This document shows positions 52,944 through 64,000 of a stretch of 64,000 bases of DNA, piece after piece. Under the pieces are notes generated by a model. It saw only the letters and a program-made list of their open reading frames with translations. It made no database searches and was not told the DNA's origin. Both the position numbers and the translations under genes were made by a program. The stretch is from an uncultured Saprospirales bacterium. Lineage in GTDB: Bacteria > Bacteroidota > Bacteroidia > Chitinophagales > JADIYW01. Position 1 is the stretch's first letter. Each line of letters begins with the position of its first letter. The DNA lies in assembly GCA_938008535.1 (NCBI GenBank), contig CALLKF010000164.1, positions 10,202 to 74,201 of the forward strand, in the 5' to 3' direction.

Positions 52944-53807
52944 ATGGTAGCAACTGCATCAAAATTAAAAGTGCGCAACGTTCAATTCAATTTCGATAAA
53001 GTACAGAAACACTGGATTCTTAATAGTGCCATTGCCACGCACTTTGTAAATAGCATGCATGTGGTTTTTCCTGAAGGCGAAAAGTTTTTTGTGCGTAGCG
53101 TGCGTAAATTTGCAAAAGATATTAAAGACGAAAATCTGAAAAAAGAAATAACTAGTTTCTGCGGACAAGAAGGTGTGCATGCGCGCGAGCACCAACGTTT
53201 TTGGCAAGTAATGGAAGAACAAAATCTGCAACCCAATTGGTTTGCGAACTTCTTGAAAACAACTGCTTTTTCCGGAAAATACAGCTATGAAAATATCAGC
53301 ACTTCGTTACTAAATAAAATACAACCTCGTTTAGGCGACAAGTTCGGACTATCAGTAACTACTGCATTGGAGCACTATACAGCCATTTTGGCAAATGCAT
53401 TATTTCACGAACCAATTGCCAATAACGATCATATTGCGCCGCAAATGTTGGAGTTGCTACATTGGCATGCTTCAGAAGAAATTAAACATAAAGCAGTTTG
53501 TTTTGATGTATTAAAAGAAGTAGATGATAGTTATATTTTGCGCATTTCTGGAATGGGTTTGGCGACCATTTTACTTTGGAATTATTTGGCAATCGGACAA
53601 ATTTATTTTATTGCAAAAGACAAAGATAAGAGCATTATTAAAATGCCTATTGAAAGTTACATGCTGCTAAAAACGATTGTTTTTGGTGAAATTGGAAAAG
53701 GATTATCCAAAAATTTATTGAGTTATTTTAAAAAAGATTTTCATCCAAATGATATCGACGATCGTTATTTAATTGATAATTTCTTTAAGGATAAAAGCTA
53801 TGCCTAA
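52944..53807 (+). CDS. PF10118-like predicted metal-dependent hydrolase
   Basis: FCGQEGVHAREHQRFW...LHWHASEEIKHKAVCFDVLKEVD. Confidence 0.8.
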   Translation: MVATASKLKVRNVQFNFDKVQKHWILNSAIATHFVNSMHVVFPEGEKFFVRSVRKFAKDIKDENLKKEITSFCGQEGVHAREHQRFWQVMEEQNLQPNWFANFLKTTAFSGKYSYENISTSLLNKIQPRLGDKFGLSVTTALEHYTAILANALFHEPIANNDHIAPQMLELLHWHASEEIKHKAVCFDVLKEVDDSYILRISGMGLATILLWNYLAIGQIYFIAKDKDKSIIKMPIESYMLLKTIVFGEIGKGLSKNLLSYFKKDFHPNDIDDRYLIDNFFKDKSYA

Positions 53808-53873
53808 TCCTGGTTTAGTAAATAAATCAAAACACTATTTGCAAATTGGAATAGTATTTGATATATTTATTCT

Positions 53874-54260
53874 ATGAAAAAGTTATTTTACTTTATTCTT
53901 GCGAGTGTATTGCTTTCAGCATGCACACAAGTTCCAATAGGCAATGGAAACAATAATCCATCGAACGGACAACGTATAAAAGCAAAAGTGATTCGTATTA
54001 CTTGCGCTACAACAGTTGTTCAAATCTTGGATAGTAATTTCTATAGTTTAGGTGAAACATGGACTGTAAACGGAACATCAACCACATACGAACATGTTGC
54101 CGTGGTTTCTAACAAATGCGAATTTCCAGCGAATTTAACAGAAGGAAGTGAATTTTACTTTAAACAAATCAACGAAGCAGACGCCAATAACGATTGTGCA
54201 GTTTGTATGATGTATGATTTTCCACCTAGCAAAGGTATATTTCTGAAAGTTGTTCAATAA
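53874..54260 (+). CDS. Hypothetical lipoprotein
   Basis: FILASVLLSACTQ lipobox, 128 aa. Confidence 0.65.
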   Translation: MKKLFYFILASVLLSACTQVPIGNGNNNPSNGQRIKAKVIRITCATTVVQILDSNFYSLGETWTVNGTSTTYEHVAVVSNKCEFPANLTEGSEFYFKQINEADANNDCAVCMMYDFPPSKGIFLKVVQ

Positions 54261-54275
54261 TTTAAAGCTTCTACT

Positions 54276-54629
54276 ATGCACCAAAAAAAAATTGTTGTTT
54301 CCATTTTAATAATTGTATCTGTTTTTGCGTTACAATCATTTAATGTAAAAAAAGATAAAGTACGCAATTTACAAGTTTTACCTAAAGATATTTCTGATGA
54401 TGATTTAGATAAAATAATGGACACCTATTGTGAATCACTAAATGTAAAATGCAATTTCTGTCACGTGAAAGGTGACATGGCTTCTGATGAAAAAGAAGAC
54501 AAAAAAATTACGCGTAAAATGATGGTGATGGCCAACGAAATCAACGAAAAATATTTTGGAAAAGATTCAGGAACTGTTGGTTGTATGACTTGTCACAACG
54601 GCAAGAAAAATCCATCAGACATGAAGTAA
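54276..54629 (+). CDS. Small c-type cytochrome
   Basis: Signal sequence and two CxxCH motifs: CNFCH and CMTCH. Confidence 0.8.
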   Translation: MHQKKIVVSILIIVSVFALQSFNVKKDKVRNLQVLPKDISDDDLDKIMDTYCESLNVKCNFCHVKGDMASDEKEDKKITRKMMVMANEINEKYFGKDSGTVGCMTCHNGKKNPSDMK

Positions 54630-54702
54630 ATACATAAAAAGAGAAGCCATCATAATAATTAAGATGGCTTCTTATTTTATATATGCGAAATACCAATAAA
54701 GT

Positions 54703-56520
54703 CTACCAGTTTACCGATTTCAAATCATTTAGAATTTTCGCTTCTTCAATAGAAATATTACCATCCAAATTAGCTACTTTTTCCATCTGAGCAATAATTT
54801 TTTCTTTCTTCTTAGGATTTTCAGGCATGCGAATCACAAGCTCTTTCTGTTTTGCCATATCTAATAAACCTTGTAATTTATCAGTGCTGTAATTCCATTT
54901 TTTGGCGATTGAATTGGCGTAATCCATTTCTTCTTTTGCAAAAACACCATCTGCTGCAATCGTTACCATCATGTTGTTAAATGCATAATCGCGCACATCA
55001 TACAATTCATCCAAATCATCTAGTTTTTTATTGTTTGCTAAAGTTGGTGCATCTGTTTTTTTCCAGGTTTCATACTCAGCAGCAGTCATCCATTCCGAAA
55101 TAATCCATTCAAATTCGGTACTATTTAATTGTGCAGTGCAATATGTACATTTGGTGTCAACCGTATCTTTTATTGGCGCACCGCAATTTGGACAACTGTG
55201 TGCATACAGCGAACCTTTAGGCATTTGTGCATTTATATTTCTACTTAAAATAAGAACTTCATTTTGAGAAGTAATCACATTTTCGAATGTTGGTTTGTCA
55301 GGATTTGCTATAAAGATGCGTTGCTGTGAACGTTTCAATGCCAATACAATATTGTCTTTATTATCTTTTTGAAAATAATCAAACGAAGTAACATGATTTA
55401 GATACAAACGGAAAAATAAATAGTTTGGTTCGGTTTTGATTTTACTTTCAATTTTTGCATACAAATTATCAGCAACAAAACGACGTGCTGTTTCTGGTTT
55501 TTTAAGCATAAATGCAGTCATCATTTGCATGTAACCATTGCTGGCTTTATCTTCTAAATTTTGTAACGAAAAGTCGTTTTTGTTTTTAATTTGCGATAAA
55601 ATTCGTTGCGCAAATTTTCCTTGTTTTTCAAATTTAGAATTAGAATTTAAGTAATCATCTGCTTGTGTAATTTCTGCTAAAACCCAATCGTAATCACCTA
55701 AATAAGTAATCGTAGAACAGTAAGGACAACGAGCCGTTTCGCCACCGTTTGCAGGTAATTGGCCTCCACAATTTGGACAATTATTGCTGTGATAAATGTC
55801 TTTTTCTTTAACACCAGATTTTTTAATAAACGACCAATATTCAGTTAAACTACTAGGTCCACCATCGTTGAGTTGCGTATATTTTCCGCTTTCAAAACCA
55901 TCATACATCGTGTATTGAATGCCAACATGCAAAATATCAAACACACCATCCGTTTCTACATCATCAATAAAAACGTTATGAATATTGATGTCAGAAATTT
56001 CGTTCGTTTGATCAATTTGCTTCATCATTAAAAACTGCGTATTAAAACGCTGATACATACCATCTGAAATCCACTTTCGCACAGAAGATAAATCTTGTAA
56101 CATCCAGGCATTTTGAATTTCTTTAAACGAAGTGCGTACTTTTTCTTTAAATAAACTGACGTTAAAATCAGTATTTTTTGAGACGAAACTTTGAGGTAAC
56201 GTTATATCTTTTTTTGATGCACTATAACTTGAAGTTGGAATGCTGTTTAAACCACTTGACGCTTGAGATGTTTTATAGAAATAATAAATCGCTGCAGCAA
56301 TAATTACCAAAACTATTACATTTATAGGAAATGGTAAACGCCAAATAATTTCAAATAAAATACGAATAATCCAAAATATAATTTCACCACCACCGCTTCC
56401 ACCGCCATCACCACCACCGCTTGAGCCACCACCACCACCGCCTGCAGCAGCAAAAATGTAAACTGTAAGTAGCGAAAATAAAAGAAAAGAAAAAAGTTTT
56501 TTCAAGTGTTGGTTTTTCAT
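54703..56520 (-). CDS. TIM44-like domain protein with two zinc-ribbon motifs and a TerB-like C-terminus
   Basis: Gly/Ser-rich AAAGGGGGGSSGGGDGGGSGGG, TM, Tim44-like region, CPNCGG...CPYC and CPNCGA...CTYC, MVTIAADGVFAKEEMDYANSIAKKW. Confidence 0.75.
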   Translation of the reverse strand: MKNQHLKKLFSFLLFSLLTVYIFAAAGGGGGGSSGGGDGGGSGGGEIIFWIIRILFEIIWRLPFPINVIVLVIIAAAIYYFYKTSQASSGLNSIPTSSYSASKKDITLPQSFVSKNTDFNVSLFKEKVRTSFKEIQNAWMLQDLSSVRKWISDGMYQRFNTQFLMMKQIDQTNEISDINIHNVFIDDVETDGVFDILHVGIQYTMYDGFESGKYTQLNDGGPSSLTEYWSFIKKSGVKEKDIYHSNNCPNCGGQLPANGGETARCPYCSTITYLGDYDWVLAEITQADDYLNSNSKFEKQGKFAQRILSQIKNKNDFSLQNLEDKASNGYMQMMTAFMLKKPETARRFVADNLYAKIESKIKTEPNYLFFRLYLNHVTSFDYFQKDNKDNIVLALKRSQQRIFIANPDKPTFENVITSQNEVLILSRNINAQMPKGSLYAHSCPNCGAPIKDTVDTKCTYCTAQLNSTEFEWIISEWMTAAEYETWKKTDAPTLANNKKLDDLDELYDVRDYAFNNMMVTIAADGVFAKEEMDYANSIAKKWNYSTDKLQGLLDMAKQKELVIRMPENPKKKEKIIAQMEKVANLDGNISIEEAKILNDLKSVNW

Positions 56521-56615
56521 CAGCTGGTTTTGTTGTATAAATATAAAAAATTAAAAATTAGTTCCATTGTTAAAAAACAGAAAATGGTTTAATAAATATC
56601 TAATAACTTTGCGCT

Positions 56616-57317
56616 ATGCAAAATGGCAAACTTTATTTAATTCCAATTGTGTTAGCAGAAAATGCAATACACACGATTCCAGCTTTCACTAAAGAAATTA
56701 TTGAGAATACAAATTTTTATATCGTAGAAAATTTAAAAACGGCAAGACGATTTATTAAATCTATTTATAAAGAAAAAAATATTGACGAATGTACTTTCTT
56801 AGAATTAGACAAACACAGTAATTACAAGTTTGATGAAAATTTTCTGAATGAAGTTTTTAATGGAAATAACATTGGTTTGATGAGTGAAGCAGGTACACCT
56901 TGCATTGCAGATCCAGGAAATAAGGTTGTTGAAGTGGCACATGAATTGGAAATTGAAGTGGTGCCGTTATCTGGACCAAGTTCTATTTTATTGGCGTTGA
57001 TGGCAAGCGGTTTCAACGGACAGCAGTTTACATTTAATGGTTATTTGCCAATTGAAGCGAGAGAGCGAAAAGATAAAATGCTACAAATGGAAAGTTATGC
57101 TAAAAAGTATAGCACACAAATTTTTATGGATACACCTTATCGAAATCAACGATTATTAGAAGATTTGATTCTGACCTTGAAATTTGATACGATGTTGTGT
57201 ATTGCATGCAATATCACGGCAAAAGATGAAATTATAAAAACGTTGCCGATGGCTGAATGGAAAAAAAGAAAGATCGATTTGAATAAAAAACCAGCAATCT
57301 TTATTTTAGGAAAATAA
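56616..57317 (+). CDS. RsmI-like SAM-dependent methyltransferase (tetrapyrrole methylase fold)
   Basis: GLMSEAGTPCIADPGNKVVEVAHELEIEVVPLSGPSSILLALMASGFNGQQFTFNGYLP. Confidence 0.88.
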   Translation: MQNGKLYLIPIVLAENAIHTIPAFTKEIIENTNFYIVENLKTARRFIKSIYKEKNIDECTFLELDKHSNYKFDENFLNEVFNGNNIGLMSEAGTPCIADPGNKVVEVAHELEIEVVPLSGPSSILLALMASGFNGQQFTFNGYLPIEARERKDKMLQMESYAKKYSTQIFMDTPYRNQRLLEDLILTLKFDTMLCIACNITAKDEIIKTLPMAEWKKRKIDLNKKPAIFILGK

Positions 57318-57318
57318 A

Positions 57319-57645
57319 TTATAAACTAAAGCTTTCGCCGCAGCTGCAAGTTCTTGAAGCGTTTGGATTGTTGAAGTAAAAACCTTTTCCGTTCAAACCT
57401 TCTGAAAAATCTAATTCGGTACCTAATAAATATAAAATACTTTTTGGATCAACAACTAACTTGATACCTTTGTCTTCAAATACTTCGTCATTTTTAGTTA
57501 ATTCAGTATCAAATTTCATATCGTAACTTAAACCACTGCAACCACCACTGGTTACAGAAACACGCACGAAATGGTCTGGTGAAAGATGATCATCTTTCCA
57601 TATTTTTTCAACGCGCTCTTTTGCTTTCTCTGAGATGAATATCAT
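57319..57645 (-). CDS. Iron-sulfur cluster assembly accessory protein (IscA/ErpA-like)
   Basis: VRVSVTSGGCSGLSYDMKF ... NASRTCSCGESF conserved Cys residues. Confidence 0.93.
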   Translation of the reverse strand: MIFISEKAKERVEKIWKDDHLSPDHFVRVSVTSGGCSGLSYDMKFDTELTKNDEVFEDKGIKLVVDPKSILYLLGTELDFSEGLNGKGFYFNNPNASRTCSCGESFSL

Positions 57646-57730
57646 GGTTTAGTATTGAGTATTTAGTAATTCGTACAACGATTCGATATAATCGATAACA
57701 AAAATATTAAATGGAAAGTTCATTTTCGCA

Positions 57731-59002
57731 TTACGAAATCGTTTCAAACTTTGTGTACGGCACCAACGCTTTCGGAATTTTGATACCATTTTCAGTTTGA
57801 TGATTTTCCAGTAAACTGGCAACAATTCGTGGTAACGCCAACGCGCTGCCATTTAATGTATGCGCCAGTGCTTTTTTATTTTCAGCATCTTTAATACGTA
57901 ATTTTAAGCGGTTTGCCTGGAAAGTTTCAAAGTTAGAAACAGAACTTACTTCTAACCAACGCTCTTGCGCCGCAGAATATACTTCAAAATCATAGGTTAA
58001 CGCAGATGTAAAAGACATATCGCCACCACACAAACGCAAAATTCGGTAAGGCAATTCCAACGCTTGCAACAAACCTTCTACATGTTTTAACATTTCTTCT
58101 AAAGCAGTATAAGAATTTTCCGGCTTTTCGATGCGCACAATTTCCACTTTATCAAACTGGTGCAAACGATTCAAGCCACGCACATCTTTGCCGTAGCTAC
58201 CAGCTTCACGACGAAAACATGGTGTGTAGCCAGTATTTTTTATCGGCAAATTTCTTTCATCTAAAATTTCATCTCTGTAAATATTAGTAATAGGAACTTC
58301 TGCAGTTGGAATTAAATATAAATTGTCAGTTGCATCATGATACATTTGACCATCTTTATCAGGCAAATTTCCAGTTGCGAAAGCTGAATCTTCATTTACC
58401 ATATGTGGCACTTGCACTTCTACATAGCCAGCTTCAATTGCTTTATCTAAGAAGAAAGAAATTAACGCGCGTTGCAACGCAGCACCTTTGCCTTTATAAA
58501 CTGGAAAACCAGCACCTGTAATTTTATTGCCTAATTCAAAATCTATTAAATCGTATTTTTTTGCCAAATCCCAATGTGGAACAGCTTTTTCATGTAGTTT
58601 CGGAAATTCTGTTACTGAAAAAACAACTTCATTTTCTTCTGGTGAAATGCCTTTTGGAACAGATGAATGTGGGAAATTTGGAAGCGTTACTAATTTTTCA
58701 AAAATTTGAGATTCGAGATTTGAAATTTGAGATTCTAATTTATCAGCTTCTTCTTTAATCGTTGCAATATTATTTTTAGCAAATTCAGCTTCTTCTTTTT
58801 TGCCATCTTTCATTAGCATTCCAATTTCCTTTGAAATAGAATTTCTTTGTGCTAAAAAATCATCTAATTTTGATTTGATTGATTTACGTTCATCATCTAA
58901 TGCAATAATTTCATCTACAAACTGAATATCTTTAAAACGCTTGTGTGCTAAACGTTCTTTTGCAAATGCTGTGTCTTTTCTAAGCTGGTCAATAGTTAAC
59001 AT
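57731..59002 (-). CDS. serS: Seryl-tRNA synthetase
   Basis: IPTAEVPITNIYRDEIL...YTPCFRREAGSYGKDVRGLNRLHQFDKVE class II motifs; start set at MLTIDQLRKD (59002). Confidence 0.95.
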   Translation of the reverse strand: MLTIDQLRKDTAFAKERLAHKRFKDIQFVDEIIALDDERKSIKSKLDDFLAQRNSISKEIGMLMKDGKKEEAEFAKNNIATIKEEADKLESQISNLESQIFEKLVTLPNFPHSSVPKGISPEENEVVFSVTEFPKLHEKAVPHWDLAKKYDLIDFELGNKITGAGFPVYKGKGAALQRALISFFLDKAIEAGYVEVQVPHMVNEDSAFATGNLPDKDGQMYHDATDNLYLIPTAEVPITNIYRDEILDERNLPIKNTGYTPCFRREAGSYGKDVRGLNRLHQFDKVEIVRIEKPENSYTALEEMLKHVEGLLQALELPYRILRLCGGDMSFTSALTYDFEVYSAAQERWLEVSSVSNFETFQANRLKLRIKDAENKKALAHTLNGSALALPRIVASLLENHQTENGIKIPKALVPYTKFETIS

Positions 59003-59233
59003 AAATAGTGAATTGTGCAACAAATATAGATAATTAGCAAAAAATGTAGCTAAATACAGCGTTAGCAATAGATTACTTTTTAAAAAAAATGTAAAAAACT
59101 ATTGGATTTCTGAAAATAATCGTTTATTTGCATTATCAACCAATATTTCCACGCGTTGTATTGTGTTTCAACAAACAAATTTTGTATCCATTCATTTAAT
59201 AGTTTCCAATTCTCAACTTAAATAGTTCGACGT

Positions 59234-60958
59234 ATGTACGATATTTCCATCTTAACTGATATGTTATTGCCTGAATTGAAAGAAGCAGCTGAAAAGTTGT
59301 TAATTCCAAAAGCAAAAATAGCAAAATCTAAGAAACCTGAATTAATAGATCTTATTTTAAAAATGCAAGAAATGAATGAAACTGATGTGGTAGAAACCAC
59401 AAACGAAACTATTGTAAATATTGCAGATAACGAGGCAATTATAACAAACGAAACAATAGCAAAAACAGAAATAGTAGCTGAAAACAATACAACTGCTGAA
59501 ATAAAAAAAGAGCGTATTCGTATTCCACGTAAAACTGTTGAAAAAGTGGTTCCAATCAAAAAAGAAAATCCATTTTCTGATAGAAATGCCATGAATGCTG
59601 AGTTTGCAAAAGAAAACATGCATGCAAAACCAACTCCAAAAGAGTTTGTAAAACCTAAAAAAGAAGACCAACCAACTTTTATTGCTGAAGAAAACAACAA
59701 CAACGATAATCATAATACCAGCAACCACAACCAAGAATATAACAATAACAACCAAGTAAATCAACAAAACCAACAAGAGTCTGAGAATAATAACTTTCCA
59801 GTACAAGAAGAAAGAGAAAAAAAACCAGAATTTAATGTTGATTTAGATGGTGTTATTTTAGGTGAAGGTGTTTTGGAAATTATTCCAGAAGGTTATGGGT
59901 TTTTACGTTCATCAGACTATAATTACCTATCATCACCAGATGATGTGTATGTTTCTCCGTCGCAAATTAAATTAATTGGACTAAAAACTGGTGATACAAT
60001 CGTTGGTGCAATTCGTCCACCAAAAGAAGGCGAAAAATATTTCGCTTTGTTGCGTGTAGAATCTATCAACGGAAAAACACCGCAAGAAATCAGAGACAGA
60101 ATTCCATTTGATTATTTAACACCTTTATTTCCACAGGAAAAATTAGATCTATTTCAAGATGCGACTAACTATTCAACGCGTGTTGTGGATTTATTTACGC
60201 CAATTGGAAAAGGTCAACGTGGTATGATTGTGGCGCAACCGAAAACTGGTAAAACCATGTTGTTAAAAGATATTGCTAATTCTATCGCAAAAAATCATCC
60301 TGAAGTATATTTAATTATTTTGCTGATTGATGAAAGACCAGAAGAAGTAACAGATATGCAACGCAGTGTAAATGCTGAAGTAGTAGCTTCTACGTTTGAT
60401 GAACCTGCAGACCGACACGTGAAAGTGGCAAGTATTGTATTGCAAAAAGCAAAACGTTTGGTAGAATGTGGCCACGATGTAGTAATTTTATTAGATTCAA
60501 TTACTCGTTTAGCGCGTGCATATAACACGGTTGCACCATCGTCAGGTAAAGTATTATCAGGTGGTGTGGAAGCAAACGCATTACACAAACCAAAACAATT
60601 TTTTGGCGCAGCGCGTAATATCGAAAATGGTGGTTCATTAACCATTATTGCAACTGCATTAACTGATACAGGTTCAAAAATGGACGAAGTAATTTTCGAA
60701 GAATTTAAAGGAACTGGAAATATGGAATTGCAGTTAGATAGAAAATTATCAAACAAACGTATTTTTCCGGCAATTGATGTGGTTTCGTCTTCAACCAGAC
60801 GCGATGATTTGTTGTTAGATAAAGAAACCTTACATAAAATGTGGGTTTTACGCAACCATTTAGCGGATATGAATGCTGAAGAATCGATGAAATTCTTATT
60901 GCAACAAATGAAAGGAACACGCAACAACGAAGAGTTTTTGTTGACGATGAATAGATAA
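59234..60958 (+). CDS. rho: Transcription termination factor Rho with long N/Q-rich insertion
   Basis: [52 protein letters not shown]; N-terminal insert [28 protein letters not shown]. Confidence 0.95.
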   Translation: MYDISILTDMLLPELKEAAEKLLIPKAKIAKSKKPELIDLILKMQEMNETDVVETTNETIVNIADNEAIITNETIAKTEIVAENNTTAEIKKERIRIPRKTVEKVVPIKKENPFSDRNAMNAEFAKENMHAKPTPKEFVKPKKEDQPTFIAEENNNNDNHNTSNHNQEYNNNNQVNQQNQQESENNNFPVQEEREKKPEFNVDLDGVILGEGVLEIIPEGYGFLRSSDYNYLSSPDDVYVSPSQIKLIGLKTGDTIVGAIRPPKEGEKYFALLRVESINGKTPQEIRDRIPFDYLTPLFPQEKLDLFQDATNYSTRVVDLFTPIGKGQRGMIVAQPKTGKTMLLKDIANSIAKNHPEVYLIILLIDERPEEVTDMQRSVNAEVVASTFDEPADRHVKVASIVLQKAKRLVECGHDVVILLDSITRLARAYNTVAPSSGKVLSGGVEANALHKPKQFFGAARNIENGGSLTIIATALTDTGSKMDEVIFEEFKGTGNMELQLDRKLSNKRIFPAIDVVSSSTRRDDLLLDKETLHKMWVLRNHLADMNAEESMKFLLQQMKGTRNNEEFLLTMNR

Positions 60959-61101
60959 TAATTGTAGAATTAGAGAATTTTAGACTTGTGAAATAGTTGA
61001 AAATCACTGATTTTTACTTTTCTTAAAGGTTAAATTATTGATTTTCTGCTAAAAAAAAGCATTTTCAAATTATTTCATTTTCAAATTAGCTAATTAAATA
61101 C

Positions 61102-61109
61102 TATCTTTG
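61102..61109 (+). promoter_or_regulatory. Putative -7 element TATCTTTG of rpmH operon
   Basis: Matches TAnnTTTG consensus ~65 nt upstream of rpmH. Confidence 0.5.
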
Positions 61110-61173
61110 CAGTCCGAATTTTAGGAATTCATTCTATAATTCAACCATTCATAATTCAAATAATTGAAATAAA

Positions 61174-61329
61174 ATGAAAAGAACGTTTCAGCCATCGGTA
61201 AGAAAAAGAAAGAACAAACACGGTTTCCGTGAACGTATGGCAACAAAAGGTGGTCGTGCAGTTTTGAACGCACGTAGAGCTAAAGGCAGAAAAAAATTAT
61301 CTATTTCTGACGAAAGAAGAGGCAAATAA
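61174..61329 (+). CDS. rpmH: 50S ribosomal protein L34
   Basis: Manual translation [51 protein letters not shown]; absent from the ORF track. Confidence 0.98.
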   Translation: MKRTFQPSVRKRKNKHGFRERMATKGGRAVLNARRAKGRKKLSISDERRGK

Positions 61330-61349
61330 TCACTGAACAAGGTAGTCAT

Positions 61350-61727
61350 ATACGATTTACGTTCAGCAAAGATGAACGACTAAAAAGTAGAAAATTAATT
61401 GACGAACTTTTTAGCGACAAAACTTTTGTACAAAACTCAACTGTAAGAATTTACTATAAATCAATAGAATTGAATTGCGCCTTTCCGGCGCAATTTGCAT
61501 TTGCCATTTCCAAGAAAATATTTCCTTTAGCAAAAGACAGAAACCGCATCAAACGACTGATGCGCGAAAGTGTGCGTTTGCAAAAGCCAGTTTTTTATCA
61601 ATTATTACAAGAAAAAAACAAACAACTTATTTTGTTACTTAGTTATCATTCAAAAAAAATGAGTGATTTTAAAGAAATAGATGAAAGCGTAACAAAGTTT
61701 TTAAACAAAGTTTTAAATGAACTATAA
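61350..61727 (+). CDS. rnpA: Ribonuclease P protein component
   Basis: Frame reads (ATA)[20 protein letters not shown]...[12 protein letters not shown]...; the track start (61470, TTG) is inside the fold; no ATG/GTG/TTG upstream in frame. Confidence 0.9.
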   Translation: MRFTFSKDERLKSRKLIDELFSDKTFVQNSTVRIYYKSIELNCAFPAQFAFAISKKIFPLAKDRNRIKRLMRESVRLQKPVFYQLLQEKNKQLILLLSYHSKKMSDFKEIDESVTKFLNKVLNEL

Positions 61728-61752
61728 TGACATTTACAATGTTAAAATTACA

Positions 61753-61986
61753 ATGAATTTACTCAAACAAATACTCATCTTTCCATTTATAGTTTTAATA
61801 AAAGCATATAAAGCAGTGCTTTCACCGCATTTGGGTGCCAATAAATGTCGTTACCAACCTTCGTGTTCTACTTATGCAATCGAAGCGTTACAAAAACATG
61901 GCTTGTTTAAAGGTGGATATTTAGCTGCAAAACGTATTTTATCATGTCATCCTTATGGTGGTTCTGGATATGATCCTGTTCCTTAA
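61753..61986 (+). CDS. yidD: Membrane protein insertion efficiency factor
   Basis: [58 protein letters not shown]. Confidence 0.95.
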   Translation: MNLLKQILIFPFIVLIKAYKAVLSPHLGANKCRYQPSCSTYAIEALQKHGLFKGGYLAAKRILSCHPYGGSGYDPVP

Positions 61987-62035
61987 TTATTTTTAACCAT
62001 TGTAGTAAACTAATTTTAGTAGTTTTATTGTTTAG

Positions 62036-64000
<1,965 letters not shown>

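Noticed and set aside
61470-61727. Track ORF starting at TTG 61470 as the rnpA start
   Set aside because: It would remove the conserved [16 protein letters not shown]-terminus, which is encoded in frame upstream.

Overview
AT-rich Bacteroidota (Chitinophagales-like) chromosomal window, densely packed with mostly housekeeping and metabolic genes. Contents include a T9SS-type PKD-repeat surface protein, carB, an aromatic amino acid catabolism set (phenylalanine hydroxylase; fahA/MarR/hppD/hmgA), miaA, cca, dapD, rnhB, dtd, nrdBA, a YeeE/YedE + rhodanese sulfur locus, serS, rho, rpmH-rnpA-yidD, a ParE/RelE-type toxin-antitoxin pair, and a tRNA-Lys(UUU). No CRISPR array, prophage, IS element or obvious multi-gene defence island was seen. 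Points worth a second look: (1) a ~155-nt tRNA-like RNA candidate at 50477-50631 with a complete acceptor, D, anticodon and T arm scaffold, an unusual ~86-nt insert in the variable region, and its own rho-independent terminator; (2) an abrupt in-frame join of an S41 protease to an IMP dehydrogenase fragment with a GC jump near 63538, probably an assembly chimera; (3) rnpA with no canonical start codon; (4) a dihydroorotase-like protein lacking the metal-binding His motif; (5) dispersed degenerate ACTTACG-type heptamer repeats in intergenic spacers. All calls are from reading sequence and supplied ORFs; no database search or folding program was run.
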